Below are positions 10,291 through 18,792 of a DNA stretch of 64,000 nt, piece by piece. This DNA is from a virus (Duplodnaviria; Heunggongvirae; Uroviricota; Caudoviricetes). Both the position numbers and the translations under genes were made by a program. The notes beneath the pieces were generated by a model. The model was not told where the DNA came from. It searched no databases and saw only the letters and a list, made by a program, of their open reading frames with translations. The DNA lies in IMG/VR virus record IMGVR_UViG_3300000571_000003, positions 21,812 to 85,811 of that record. The stretch is one strand, 5' to 3'. The number at the start of each line of letters is the position of its first letter. The first letter of the stretch is position 1.

Positions 10291-10494
10291 ATGTCAATGA
10301 AAAAGCTAGGCGCAGGTTGGACTAAAAAGGGTAAGAGTGAAAAGGGTCAGGAGTATATCAATGTGAAAATCACGCAAGATATTCCAGCCGGTTCATTCAT
10401 CCAAATCTTTGCGAACAATCAAAAAATGTTTGCAACTCAACCTGACTACAATGTTGTGTGCTACATTCACACTGAAGAAGCTATTGCTAAGTAA
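10291..10494 (+). CDS. small hypothetical protein (MSMKKLGAGWTKKGKSEKGQEY...)
   Basis: Track ORF 10120..10494 trimmed to internal ATG after the repeat/hairpin region; followed by a clean terminator. Confidence 0.45.
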   Translation: MSMKKLGAGWTKKGKSEKGQEYINVKITQDIPAGSFIQIFANNQKMFATQPDYNVVCYIHTEEAIAK

Positions 10495-10503
10495 GAAGAA
10501 CAT

Positions 10504-10530
10504 AGCCCACTGGAAACAGTGGGCTTTTTC
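10504..10530 (+). terminator. intrinsic terminator
   Basis: AGCCCACTG-GAAA-CAGTGGGCT followed by TTTTTC. Confidence 0.65.
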
Positions 10531-10553
10531 ATTATTAATAATGTAGACATTAT

Positions 10554-10775
10554 ATGTCTCAAAAGAAACTAATTTGTAGACTCTGCGATAAACCTTCAAC
10601 AGTCTCAACACTAGGAGTTATTAATCATTGGCGATGCATTAAGAAAGCACACAGCATTGAAGATGCAGCACTTCGCAAGTTAGCTAACAAGAAAGAATTT
10701 GGCGGTCGACCAAATCTCATGTCCTTACGCAGGGCGCAAAATAAAGCGTATGACACACTATTCAATCTTAACTAG
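10554..10775 (+). CDS. hypothetical protein
   Basis: 73-aa ORF, Cys pair near N-terminus. Confidence 0.4.
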   Translation: MSQKKLICRLCDKPSTVSTLGVINHWRCIKKAHSIEDAALRKLANKKEFGGRPNLMSLRRAQNKAYDTLFNLN

Positions 10776-10783
10776 AAATTCAT

Positions 10784-10927
10784 ATGACAAAAGAAGACTT
10801 ACGCCTACTCCAAAAACTTCTTGATAGATTCTATGCACTCCATGGTCTATCAGAAAATGATGATGATACCTATTCAGACATAAGCACAATGATAAGTGAT
10901 GTATTTAAACAAATTCATAATGAATAA
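10784..10927 (+). CDS. small acidic protein (47 aa), paralog of next gene
   Basis: ATG in AATTCATATGACA context; MTKEDLRLLQKLLDRFYALHGLSENDDD resembles MTKEELQKLRKDIAKFFSIYGMSDDDD of 10932..11096; below track length cutoff. Confidence 0.4.
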   Translation: MTKEDLRLLQKLLDRFYALHGLSENDDDTYSDISTMISDVFKQIHNE

Positions 10928-10931
10928 ATAT

Positions 10932-11096
10932 ATGACAAAAGAAGAGCTACAAAAGCTACGAAAAGACATAGCTAAATTCTTTTCAATATACGGCATGTCA
11001 GATGATGATGATGCATTATTTAAAGAAATGATGAGAACAGTCAAACAAGTATTAGAAGAATGTGGTGACGAAGACTTACCAACAATCAATAACTAA
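10932..11096 (+). CDS. small acidic protein, paralog of 10784..10927
   Basis: Track ORF 10896..11096 trimmed to ATG in AAATATATGACA context. Confidence 0.45.
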   Translation: MTKEELQKLRKDIAKFFSIYGMSDDDDALFKEMMRTVKQVLEECGDEDLPTINN

Positions 11097-11102
11097 AATC
11101 AT

Positions 11103-11312
11103 ATGACAAAGACAGAGATAAAAAGACATGTTGGACATGAAATTACAATTGCAAAATATGAAGACGACATAATCCATAATTACTCACTTGAATGTGAAAC
11201 ATGTAACGAAGTCTTAGAAAGCCATGAAACTGAATATAGAGACAAGGAACCACACGATAAAACATGCGAGTGTTTGAAATGTATTGGAAATACTAAGTAC
11301 GGAACTAAATAA
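11103..11312 (+). CDS. small zinc-ribbon-like protein
   Basis: 69-aa ORF with CETCNEV...CECLKC pairs. Confidence 0.45.
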   Translation: MTKTEIKRHVGHEITIAKYEDDIIHNYSLECETCNEVLESHETEYRDKEPHDKTCECLKCIGNTKYGTK

Positions 11313-11320
11313 AAAAAGAT

Positions 11321-11521
11321 ATGACAACAACACAAGCACAAACACTCATTGGCAAAAGAGCGATGGTATTCTACAACACGCTCACCTTTGAGGTAATAAT
11401 AAAAGACACAAAACAAGCATATGGAAGAACGCTTTACTTAATAGAACCTGTTAGTGGTTGCGGAACTACATGGGTATATAGCATAGCTCTTGATGTGTTC
11501 AGCGAAGCATTTGATTCTTAA
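11321..11521 (+). CDS. hypothetical protein
   Basis: 66-aa ORF, ATG in AAGATATGACA context. Confidence 0.4.
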   Translation: MTTTQAQTLIGKRAMVFYNTLTFEVIIKDTKQAYGRTLYLIEPVSGCGTTWVYSIALDVFSEAFDS

Positions 11522-11528
11522 TACTATT

Positions 11529-11549
11529 TTTTTGTTATTTTTTATCGCC
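11529..11549 (+). promoter_or_regulatory. 21-bp motif TAATACTATTTTTTTGTTATT (copy 3) followed by CCTTGGTCGGCGGGC
   Basis: Near-exact repeat of 10143/10247 motif; downstream CTTGGYCGRC also present after copy 1 (CTTGGCCGACAGCC). Confidence 0.3.
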
Positions 11550-11594
11550 TTGGTCGGCGGGCAAGAAGTATTTTATTTATTTAATTGTACACAT

Positions 11595-11843
11595 ATGAAA
11601 GTCAACATGGAGGACATCATTGATGATGTAGACTTAAGTATTTTTGATTGTGAAAGAATATTAAATGAGTTTGATTCTGAAAGAGAATATGCAACATCAG
11701 ATTATGATGAAGACATGGAATATTATCATATGATGATGGATCCTATAAGTGAATATGAAGGACTTGATGAAAATGAAAGCCTACAGGATTGTTTTAATAA
11801 AAGTATGCACATAAGCAATGTACCTTATGAACTTTATATTTAA
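11595..11843 (+). CDS. small acidic protein
   Basis: Track ORF 11490..11843 trimmed to internal ATG after motif; D/E-rich. Confidence 0.4.
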   Translation: MKVNMEDIIDDVDLSIFDCERILNEFDSEREYATSDYDEDMEYYHMMMDPISEYEGLDENESLQDCFNKSMHISNVPYELYI

Positions 11844-11854
11844 AGAATAAATAT

Positions 11855-12304
11855 ATGCCTTTTTACTGCCCAAATAATGGCTGTCATGAAGAGATAGAAT
11901 CTCTATTATATTCTGTAGGCGTAACAGAGTTTGGAAATTATTATATAGAAAGAGAAGATTGGGATACCGATGATACAGAAACAAGTGGGGAATATCGTTA
12001 TGAATGTCCAGAATGTAATAACGAACTTGATTTAAGTGAAGTACTCACTGAAAATCCAAACGAAGAGGATGAAGATGAAGATACGGAACATCCGCAAAGA
12101 GCAATAGAGAAAGCAGAACAAAACACTGAGGTTATAAACTTCTGCAATGAAGAAGCATTCACGCAAAAAGGAAGACAGAACATAGACATTATTAAATGCG
12201 AACGGTGTAGTCATATGTTCAGTGTAGAGGATAGAGACCTCACCAATCTTATTTGCACAAATTGCTCACATGCGATAAAGACTAAATTACCAATTAAAGT
12301 CTAA
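11855..12304 (+). CDS. acidic protein with multiple CxxC zinc-ribbon pairs
   Basis: CPNNGC, CPECNN, CERCSHM, CTNCSH pairs and a DEDEDTEHP acidic tract. Confidence 0.5.
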   Translation: MPFYCPNNGCHEEIESLLYSVGVTEFGNYYIEREDWDTDDTETSGEYRYECPECNNELDLSEVLTENPNEEDEDEDTEHPQRAIEKAEQNTEVINFCNEEAFTQKGRQNIDIIKCERCSHMFSVEDRDLTNLICTNCSHAIKTKLPIKV

Positions 12305-12308
12305 CAAT

Positions 12309-14021
12309 ATGAGACCATTTCCTTTTACAATAGGAGCAGATCCTGAGCTAAACTTCATATCTCAAGGACGAAAGGTAGATGCATGTTATACCATGAGAAA
12401 TCTACTGAAGAATGATGAAAAATTTAGCACTAATAGAGGACTTGTTATTGATGGAGCAGGAGATATTGGATGGGATGGATGTACTTCAACTGGAGAGTTG
12501 CGTCCTAACCCATCTGTAAGTCCTAAGAAACTCACAGAAAATATCGGAACACTCTTTAAAGAATTCTACAATCGCATCAACCTCTTTGACATGAGTACAT
12601 TATCATTTCACTCATCAATTGGAGGTCATCTTCATTTTCTATTGCCGAGTACAAAACCTACAGATACAACCATACGAAAGTGGCATCGTATCATGGCATC
12701 ATTCTATCTTCCTATCATGATGGGAGAAAATAAGATTAATCTTGAACTGAGAGCAAAAGGAAATTATGGAAAAATCAGCGATTATCATGCGAACAATGAG
12801 TTCACTCAAGAAGATGGAAGCAAAATAAAAACATATGAGTTCCGTGTGCCATCAGCAGAATGGATCACTCATCCAAAAATTTGCGAATCAGTCATCGCAT
12901 ATATGGGAGTAGTGTGGAATGAGATTACAAATAATTCACGAAGCGTAAATAAACACAAAGAACTTATTTATAAAACAGAAAAACAAGGAGAAGCATTGCA
13001 ACAACTCTTGGTGTCAGAATACACCTCACTCACAAAGAACATCTTCAAAGATATTCAGAAAGCTATCAAAACATTTGAATATTATGAAGATTATAAAGAT
13101 CAGATAGAATATGTACTTGACATAGATCAAGTTATGAAAGATAAGAAGAAGGTAAATTATAATATAGTAGAAGGATGGAATCTTGCACCAACAAAGAAAA
13201 CTACGAAGAGAGATATATTAAGTACAAAGAAATTCACGGAAAAATCTCTTGAAAAAAATCTTGATGAGAAAAGCCGTCTTATTAACATAAGTTATAACTC
13301 AGATCCAAACTGTGAAATCTTTGCCAATACACTTGCACAACGTTCTGTTGCATTCAATTGGAAATTAAACAAAACATATTTCCTCTTTGGATTAAGAAAA
13401 GGAATCAATAAACTCATGTCATTCAATCTCAAAAGTATGCCAATCACGGGACAAGAGATTATAGAAACTTCAGAAGACTTTGAGGCTGTTTCACAACTAT
13501 ATAGAAAGATGATTGATAGATACAGTGCAAATAACAGAGGACGATCTCCTATACGATTTGATTTTAACACTGGAGAAATTATACAAGAGAAAGAGAATAC
13601 AATTCTCATTGGCATTCCATATGAGATGAGAATGAAACAAGAGACTAAAGATTTCATTGACCTCGTATATGATATTGAAACAGATTCTAAGAAACCAACT
13701 ATGTGGAGTCAGCATCCTACTGTAGATGATAATAATTTTCCAGAAGAACAGAAAGGAAAGTTTTGGAAAGTAATGAATGGCAAAACAGAAGAAGTTATCA
13801 TGGCAGAAAATACTGAAACAGCAGCAAAGAATGTAGCAGAACTTATAGAAGAAAGAATAGCATTGCAAAGAGAGGAGCAGGAAAATCCGCTTTATAAAAC
13901 ATGGCCAAACTCATACGATACCCATGAAAAATATATCGAAGGATACCGAGCTTATCTCAACAATGCCGCAATAGACCTTGGACTTATAACAAGACCCACA
14001 GAGGGAGAAGCAATATCTTAA
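12309..14021 (+). CDS. large protein with putative GS-like amidoligase N-terminal domain (inference)
   Basis: 570-aa ORF directly upstream of a class-II GATase; N-terminal motifs GELRPNP, GGHLHF and EFRVP are compatible with glutamine-synthetase-fold carboxylate-amine ligases (Amidoligase_2/GCS2-like) but cannot be confirmed by eye. Confidence 0.35.
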   Translation: MRPFPFTIGADPELNFISQGRKVDACYTMRNLLKNDEKFSTNRGLVIDGAGDIGWDGCTSTGELRPNPSVSPKKLTENIGTLFKEFYNRINLFDMSTLSFHSSIGGHLHFLLPSTKPTDTTIRKWHRIMASFYLPIMMGENKINLELRAKGNYGKISDYHANNEFTQEDGSKIKTYEFRVPSAEWITHPKICESVIAYMGVVWNEITNNSRSVNKHKELIYKTEKQGEALQQLLVSEYTSLTKNIFKDIQKAIKTFEYYEDYKDQIEYVLDIDQVMKDKKKVNYNIVEGWNLAPTKKTTKRDILSTKKFTEKSLEKNLDEKSRLINISYNSDPNCEIFANTLAQRSVAFNWKLNKTYFLFGLRKGINKLMSFNLKSMPITGQEIIETSEDFEAVSQLYRKMIDRYSANNRGRSPIRFDFNTGEIIQEKENTILIGIPYEMRMKQETKDFIDLVYDIETDSKKPTMWSQHPTVDDNNFPEEQKGKFWKVMNGKTEEVIMAENTETAAKNVAELIEERIALQREEQENPLYKTWPNSYDTHEKYIEGYRAYLNNAAIDLGLITRPTEGEAIS

Positions 14022-14041
14022 TAACATAACCATATACAAAT

Positions 14042-15160
14042 ATGTGTGGAATTATTTGTGCGATTTCTAAAGACAAGACACCCGTGAATGGTTTTGTTAT
14101 AGACCAGTTTGAGGATCAGCAGAGCAGAGGAATAAAAGGCTTTGGTATCATAGATATAGACATGGAGACAAAAGAATACAAAATAAGCAGAGCAACAGAG
14201 CCAGCTAAGTTTATGTTTGACCTTCATAAGAAAGAATCATCAGCAATGATAGTTCATCACAGATATCCAACCTCTAGTCCGAACTTCATGAGCCAGACTC
14301 ATCCTATCTCTGTAGACAACGGTTCTCTCAAACATAAATATCTTGTGATACATAACGGTTGCATCTCAAATGATAAAACTCTTAAGAAAGAACACGAAGA
14401 ACTTGGCTTCATATATACAACGGACATAGATATAGTAGACCAATGGAAGAGAGAGGAGCAGAAGTTCAACGATTCAGAATGTCTCTCAATTGAGGTAGCA
14501 CGGTTTATAGAGAAACAATCAGAAGAGGTAGGAATCCTTGGCTCAGCAGCTTTCATCGCAGTACAGATAGATAAAAAGACAGATAAAATACAGAACATCT
14601 TCTTTGGACGAAACACCAACCCTCTCCATATGAGCTTTACAAGAGGCAAGCTACGACTGTCATCAGAGGGAGAGGGAGATGATATTAAGCCTAATGTTCT
14701 TTATTCATGGGATATGAAGGCGACAAACCTCAAAAAGAGAGATATGAAGTTCAAGACTATAGCTCCTGCTACCTATCAAACATATCAGCATCAGACTGCC
14801 ATTGGCTTTCAAGACAAAGGAAATCTTACAACTCATACAAGGGAGAACGACTACGCATATCCATATAGAGATGAGTCATATTATAAAGATATGCCGTGGG
14901 AAGATAAGGTAGATGATGAGGAGATAGAACAGATAGTAGAGTTCAGACAGGAAGAAGCCCAAAAAGAACTTGAAGATTTCTTTGACTACATAGCAGATTC
15001 AGAGTTAGCAATTACTGCTGACATAGAAAACACACTAAAAGACATAAGATCTATACTTCTTATAGCTAAGAGTGAGGCTGTAAAAGCACATCAAGATAGA
15101 GAGATGAATGAGGAATTAGAAATAGAAAATTATAATAAATCATATTCTCAAAGTGTATGA
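14042..15160 (+). CDS. class-II (Ntn) glutamine amidotransferase-like protein with acidic C-terminal extension
   Basis: N-terminus MCGI (catalytic Cys2 of Gn_AT_II enzymes such as PurF/GlmS/AsnB), then SRG..GFGI, HHRYPTS, HNGCISN, TDIDIV blocks; C-terminal ~170 aa D/E-rich. Confidence 0.65.
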   Translation: MCGIICAISKDKTPVNGFVIDQFEDQQSRGIKGFGIIDIDMETKEYKISRATEPAKFMFDLHKKESSAMIVHHRYPTSSPNFMSQTHPISVDNGSLKHKYLVIHNGCISNDKTLKKEHEELGFIYTTDIDIVDQWKREEQKFNDSECLSIEVARFIEKQSEEVGILGSAAFIAVQIDKKTDKIQNIFFGRNTNPLHMSFTRGKLRLSSEGEGDDIKPNVLYSWDMKATNLKKRDMKFKTIAPATYQTYQHQTAIGFQDKGNLTTHTRENDYAYPYRDESYYKDMPWEDKVDDEEIEQIVEFRQEEAQKELEDFFDYIADSELAITADIENTLKDIRSILLIAKSEAVKAHQDREMNEELEIENYNKSYSQSV

Positions 15161-15360
15161 AAAAATATAGAGTCTGTGCGTTCCTCACAAGTATTGAATG
15201 GCAAATAGTAGAAGCAGAGAACGAAGAGGATGCCCGCGAAAGGTACTATGCGGAAGAAGGAAAAGTTGACGACATAGATGTAACAGAGAGAGATATAGAC
15301 AGCATCAGAGAACTAGACGAAAATGGTGATTTTGTAGAAGACAGTTTGTCAACCACATAG
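15157..15360 (+). CDS. small acidic protein
   Basis: 67-aa ORF overlapping upstream stop (ATGA coupling); net highly negative. Confidence 0.45.
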   Translation: MKKYRVCAFLTSIEWQIVEAENEEDARERYYAEEGKVDDIDVTERDIDSIRELDENGDFVEDSLSTT

Positions 15361-15511
15361 TTGACAGAAACACACCCTCGTAGATATAAGGAAAAGTATA
15401 AAAATCCCTGGGATATTCTTTTTATGCATTTACGAGGGTTTCAAGCGGTTAGTTGACAGTTTTAAGAGAAAAGAGCTACCAAATAAGCTTATAAATATAA
15501 CGTTTTTTCTT

Positions 15512-16003
15512 ATGCAAAACCTACAACAATATATGACTGGTTTAAGACTACCCCAATATCCACAGTACCCAACCTCCCAAGAGATCATGGAAAAGCCTAT
15601 AAAACACCGCCTAGAAGCTATAGAAGCAATCAGAGGATGGAAGATAACAGACTACCCAGGGTGGAAAGATAAAGCCACTGGAGAGAAACTTTTGGCTCTG
15701 TATAGGCTCATAACAAGCCTGTCTATCGTATATAATAAGCCTGTGTGCGTTACAAATGGACATGAATACCACTACTCACCGCTCTCATCCACCATCATAC
15801 TAGACTCCAGAAACCCTTCAATCATAAGCACTCTGCATGAATTTGCACACCATATCAAAGGACCAAGTGAATCAAAGGCATGTAAATGGTCTGTGTGGCT
15901 ATTTAAGAAGGTATTTCCGAAGGCATTTGCAAAGTTAGAGTTTATTCCTAACAGTCATATGCTATGCAAAAGAAAAGTAAAGATAACATCACAGACCTCC
16001 TAA
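15512..16003 (+). CDS. zincin-like metallopeptidase (HExxH; SprT/IrrE-like)
   Basis: HEFAHH motif preceded by a CVTNGHEYHY region typical of SprT-like/WLM zincins. Confidence 0.45.
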   Translation: MQNLQQYMTGLRLPQYPQYPTSQEIMEKPIKHRLEAIEAIRGWKITDYPGWKDKATGEKLLALYRLITSLSIVYNKPVCVTNGHEYHYSPLSSTIILDSRNPSIISTLHEFAHHIKGPSESKACKWSVWLFKKVFPKAFAKLEFIPNSHMLCKRKVKITSQTS

Positions 16004-16218
16004 ATAGAGAGGATGAGTTCATACTCCTTCAGATACCAGGAAGCAAATATATGCTTGTTTGTAAGGAAAATCCACCAAAGAAGTGGTCTATAGAGATGAT
16101 AAATCCAGAGACTAATGAACACAGAACCATATGCCATGAAGAAGATGGAGACATATTTAAGAGTTTACTGTTCAACATATGGTCAATGAATCCTACAATA
16201 AGATATAAAAGGAGATAA
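15964..16218 (+). CDS. hypothetical protein
   Basis: 84-aa ORF followed by terminator. Confidence 0.4.
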   Translation: MQKKSKDNITDLLNREDEFILLQIPGSKYMLVCKENPPKKWSIEMINPETNEHRTICHEEDGDIFKSLLFNIWSMNPTIRYKRR

Positions 16219-16221
16219 ATA

Positions 16222-16257
16222 AAAGCCTATAGTCTAAAAAACTATAGGCTTTTTTTA
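16222..16257 (+). terminator. intrinsic terminator ending plus-strand early block
   Basis: AAAGCCTATAG-loop-CTATAGGCTTT followed by TTTTTT. Confidence 0.65.
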
Positions 16258-16443
16258 TACCTATACACCGTCAACAGTCATTCGTATACAGTATTATCTG
16301 TCATTATATGATCTGTCATTTTAAGGAATACTTTACACTTTTTTCATTATAAATATAAGGATATATAGTAATATATAGTAGTATTTTGTTATAAACGGGT
16401 TTTGGACATTTCCAAAAATAGCTTCTTTTACACCCTACACTAA

Positions 16444-16549
16444 CACCGTGCACGGTGCCTCTACCCTCTACCCTCTACCCTCTACCCTCTACCCTCTACC
16501 CTCTACCCTCTACCCTCTACCCTCTATCCTCTATCCTCTATGAACTGCG
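16444..16549. repeat. 14-bp perfect palindrome CACCGTGCACGGTG followed by ~13 tandem copies of heptamer CTCTACC(/CTCTATC)
   Basis: Seen directly in the 660-bp non-coding convergent gap; track ORF 16455..16637 is merely the repeat translated (PLPSTLY x3). Confidence 0.85.
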
Positions 16550-16717
16550 CTCTATGAACCTCAAACTATCCACAATAAACAAACACTTGTTCTATAGCAC
16601 CATTCTACTATATAATAGAAAATGCCCAAAAATATAATGTTTTTTATTATTTGTCCCAAGCAAAAACTTTTTCTTGACACCCCATACACCCCATACATGG
16701 TAATATGATAAATTAAT

Positions 16718-16752
16718 AAAAAAACATCATGATATAAACAATGATGTTTTTT
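16718..16752. terminator. palindromic bidirectional terminator in convergent gap
   Basis: AAAAAAACATCAT-GATATAAACA-ATGATGTTTTTT, A-run and T-run on either side. Confidence 0.5.
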
Positions 16753-16879
16753 ATTATTTGATCCGATGAATGTATATTATTTCATAATACATAATATTTT
16801 CTCGGATGAACCAAGTAAGTCTACTCGGTTTAATATGGACTATGTCCATCTAAACTATACCACACTACATTACTTACAT

Positions 16880-17170
16880 CTAATCATCATCATCCTCATC
16901 ACTATACTCTTCCTCACTAGTATCCTCTGACATATCCCCTTCAAACTCCTTACTACCACCAGAAGAATATAAATCATCTACATCATCATTATTACTTTCA
17001 CCTTCAGGAACATTACTTAAATCATTACTAGTAAGCCCATTACCAATATCCTTACTGTCACTACCATCTATTTTCTCTTCACACTCCTCTAATACTTCCT
17101 CTACTTCCCCGCCTACCTCCTCCTCTTCCTCATCTTCCCCTACTTCTTCGTTTTTTTTATCCTCTGCCAT
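16880..17170 (-). CDS. highly acidic low-complexity protein (candidate DNA mimic)
   Basis: 96 aa, >45% D/E (EDEEEEEVGGEVEEVLEECEE ... SDEDDDD). Confidence 0.5.
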   Translation of the reverse strand: MAEDKKNEEVGEDEEEEEVGGEVEEVLEECEEKIDGSDSKDIGNGLTSNDLSNVPEGESNNDDVDDLYSSGGSKEFEGDMSEDTSEEEYSDEDDDD

Positions 17171-17253
17171 ATTTTTCTCATTATGACTTATACTTATACT
17201 TATATTAGAATTAGATTAATCATTCACTTTCATTCACTCACATTAGTGAATAA

Positions 17254-17778
17254 CTATGACGTGACACCTGTCACTTTAATCTCTCCATCAACCATATCAA
17301 TAATAGCATACAAACTACTTATACCAAGAAACTCAGGTACATCGCTTACTAGAACCTTATGAATATTCACCTCAACCTCTAACTCCAATAGCTTCTCATA
17401 CTCCTGCATACTCCTATCTCTCTCTTTCAATACCTCATCATACTCCTTCTTCAACTCCATAAATTCTTCTTCCGCCTTTTTCTCATCAACAAATACAAAT
17501 AACCCGTCACGCTGTACTGGATTACCACTCTCATCCTTCTCTGCGTTCTTTCTTCCTAACTCCAATGATTTCTTCTTAAAATTACCGTACTCAACGCTTT
17601 CTTCGCTCGCCTTCGATAACGCCTGTACCTCTGGCAACAATACTCTCAAATTCTTTGCTACCGCATACTTAAACTTAATACTCAATTGCTCTCCCTCCTT
17701 ATTAACATCTGGATTCTCCAATACATTCAATGTATTAAATAGTGCTAAAATATCTTTTCTTTTCATACATTCATACAT
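17254..17778 (-). CDS. hypothetical protein (coiled-coil, K/E-rich)
   Basis: 174-aa ORF. Confidence 0.5.
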   Translation of the reverse strand: MYECMKRKDILALFNTLNVLENPDVNKEGEQLSIKFKYAVAKNLRVLLPEVQALSKASEESVEYGNFKKKSLELGRKNAEKDESGNPVQRDGLFVFVDEKKAEEEFMELKKEYDEVLKERDRSMQEYEKLLELEVEVNIHKVLVSDVPEFLGISSLYAIIDMVDGEIKVTGVTS

Positions 17779-17790
17779 TACATTAAATAA

Positions 17791-18792
17791 TTATAAATCC
17801 CAAATATTATCATTTCCAAATGCCCCCCACTCTGATGTTTTCCTGTATATTGGCTTCTTCAAATCCAAAAACTCTATAATTCCTTTTGGTGTGAGGTCAT
17901 ATTTACCATCAGCTCTACCCAAAACATTATAAGTACTTAACGATTCATCTTCATACCTCAAAACTGCCACTGCCTGCAATGGCTCTTTCTTCCCTATCGC
18001 ATAAGCAAGATGCACCGTACATTCCTTTGCCTCATAAAACTTCAAATAATCCACCGCAAGCTTACGTGCCATATATGCTCCACTGCGATCTACTTTAGAG
18101 GCATCTTTTCCAGATTGACATCCGCCTCCCACCTGCACTCTAGGCCCATAGGCATCTACCACAATCTTTCTTCCTGTAAGCCCTGTGTCTGCGTCAAATC
18201 CCCCTATATCCCATTTTCCTGCAGGATTTACATACCTGTAGCAATCATCTGCTATTCTTTTCTTTAACAGCCATCCATCTACAATTCCCAATAATTCACT
18301 TGAAACTACTCCGCACCATGAAGCTACAACCGCAACTATTTCTCCTTTTTTATTCACTGTTACCTGTGTTTTTCCATCATTCTCATGTATCGCATAAATA
18401 TATCTACATAAATCTCTGGCGAACACATATTCCAACGGCATGAGCTCTGGAGTGTCATTACAGGCATAACCTACCATGATACCTTGATCTCCAGCACCCC
18501 CTGTGTCAACGCCAGAAGCTATCTCAGGGCTTTGACGTGATAAGTTGACTTGCACACCATATTTCTCTCCAACGACGCTGTGGACGAGCTGTGGCACGTC
18601 TACGTAAGCCTTAGTGGTGAGCTCACCTGTCACCGTGATGATGCCGTGTCCGCCCATTGTCTCAACAGCAACACGAGAATCTGGATCTTGTCTTAAGCAC
18701 TCATCAAGGATTGCATCAGATATTTGGTCACAAATTTTGTCCGGATGTGCGGGAGAACAAAATTCCGCTGTTCTTAGCATATATTTTTCCAT
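17791..18792 (-). CDS. metK: S-adenosylmethionine synthetase (MetK homolog, short form)
   Basis: Signature blocks AHPDKICDQISDAILD, GGAGDQGIMVGYA, DTGLTGRKIVVDAYG, GGGCQSGKDASKVDRSGAYMAR, YAIG, KPIYRKTSEWGAFG match bacterial MetK motifs (GHPDK, GAGDQG, GGGAFSGKD). Confidence 0.85.
   Translation of the reverse strand: MEKYMLRTAEFCSPAHPDKICDQISDAILDECLRQDPDSRVAVETMGGHGIITVTGELTTKAYVDVPQLVHSVVGEKYGVQVNLSRQSPEIASGVDTGGAGDQGIMVGYACNDTPELMPLEYVFARDLCRYIYAIHENDGKTQVTVNKKGEIVAVVASWCGVVSSELLGIVDGWLLKKRIADDCYRYVNPAGKWDIGGFDADTGLTGRKIVVDAYGPRVQVGGGCQSGKDASKVDRSGAYMARKLAVDYLKFYEAKECTVHLAYAIGKKEPLQAVAVLRYEDESLSTYNVLGRADGKYDLTPKGIIEFLDLKKPIYRKTSEWGAFGNDNIWDL

Noticed and set aside
16458-16549. Possible CRISPR array
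   Set aside because: The 7-bp units are contiguous with no spacers. This is a microsatellite, not repeat-spacer architecture.
16455-16637. Track ORF encoding PLPSTLY repeats
   Set aside because: It is simply the CTCTACC heptamer array translated. It lies in a non-coding gap with no start context.
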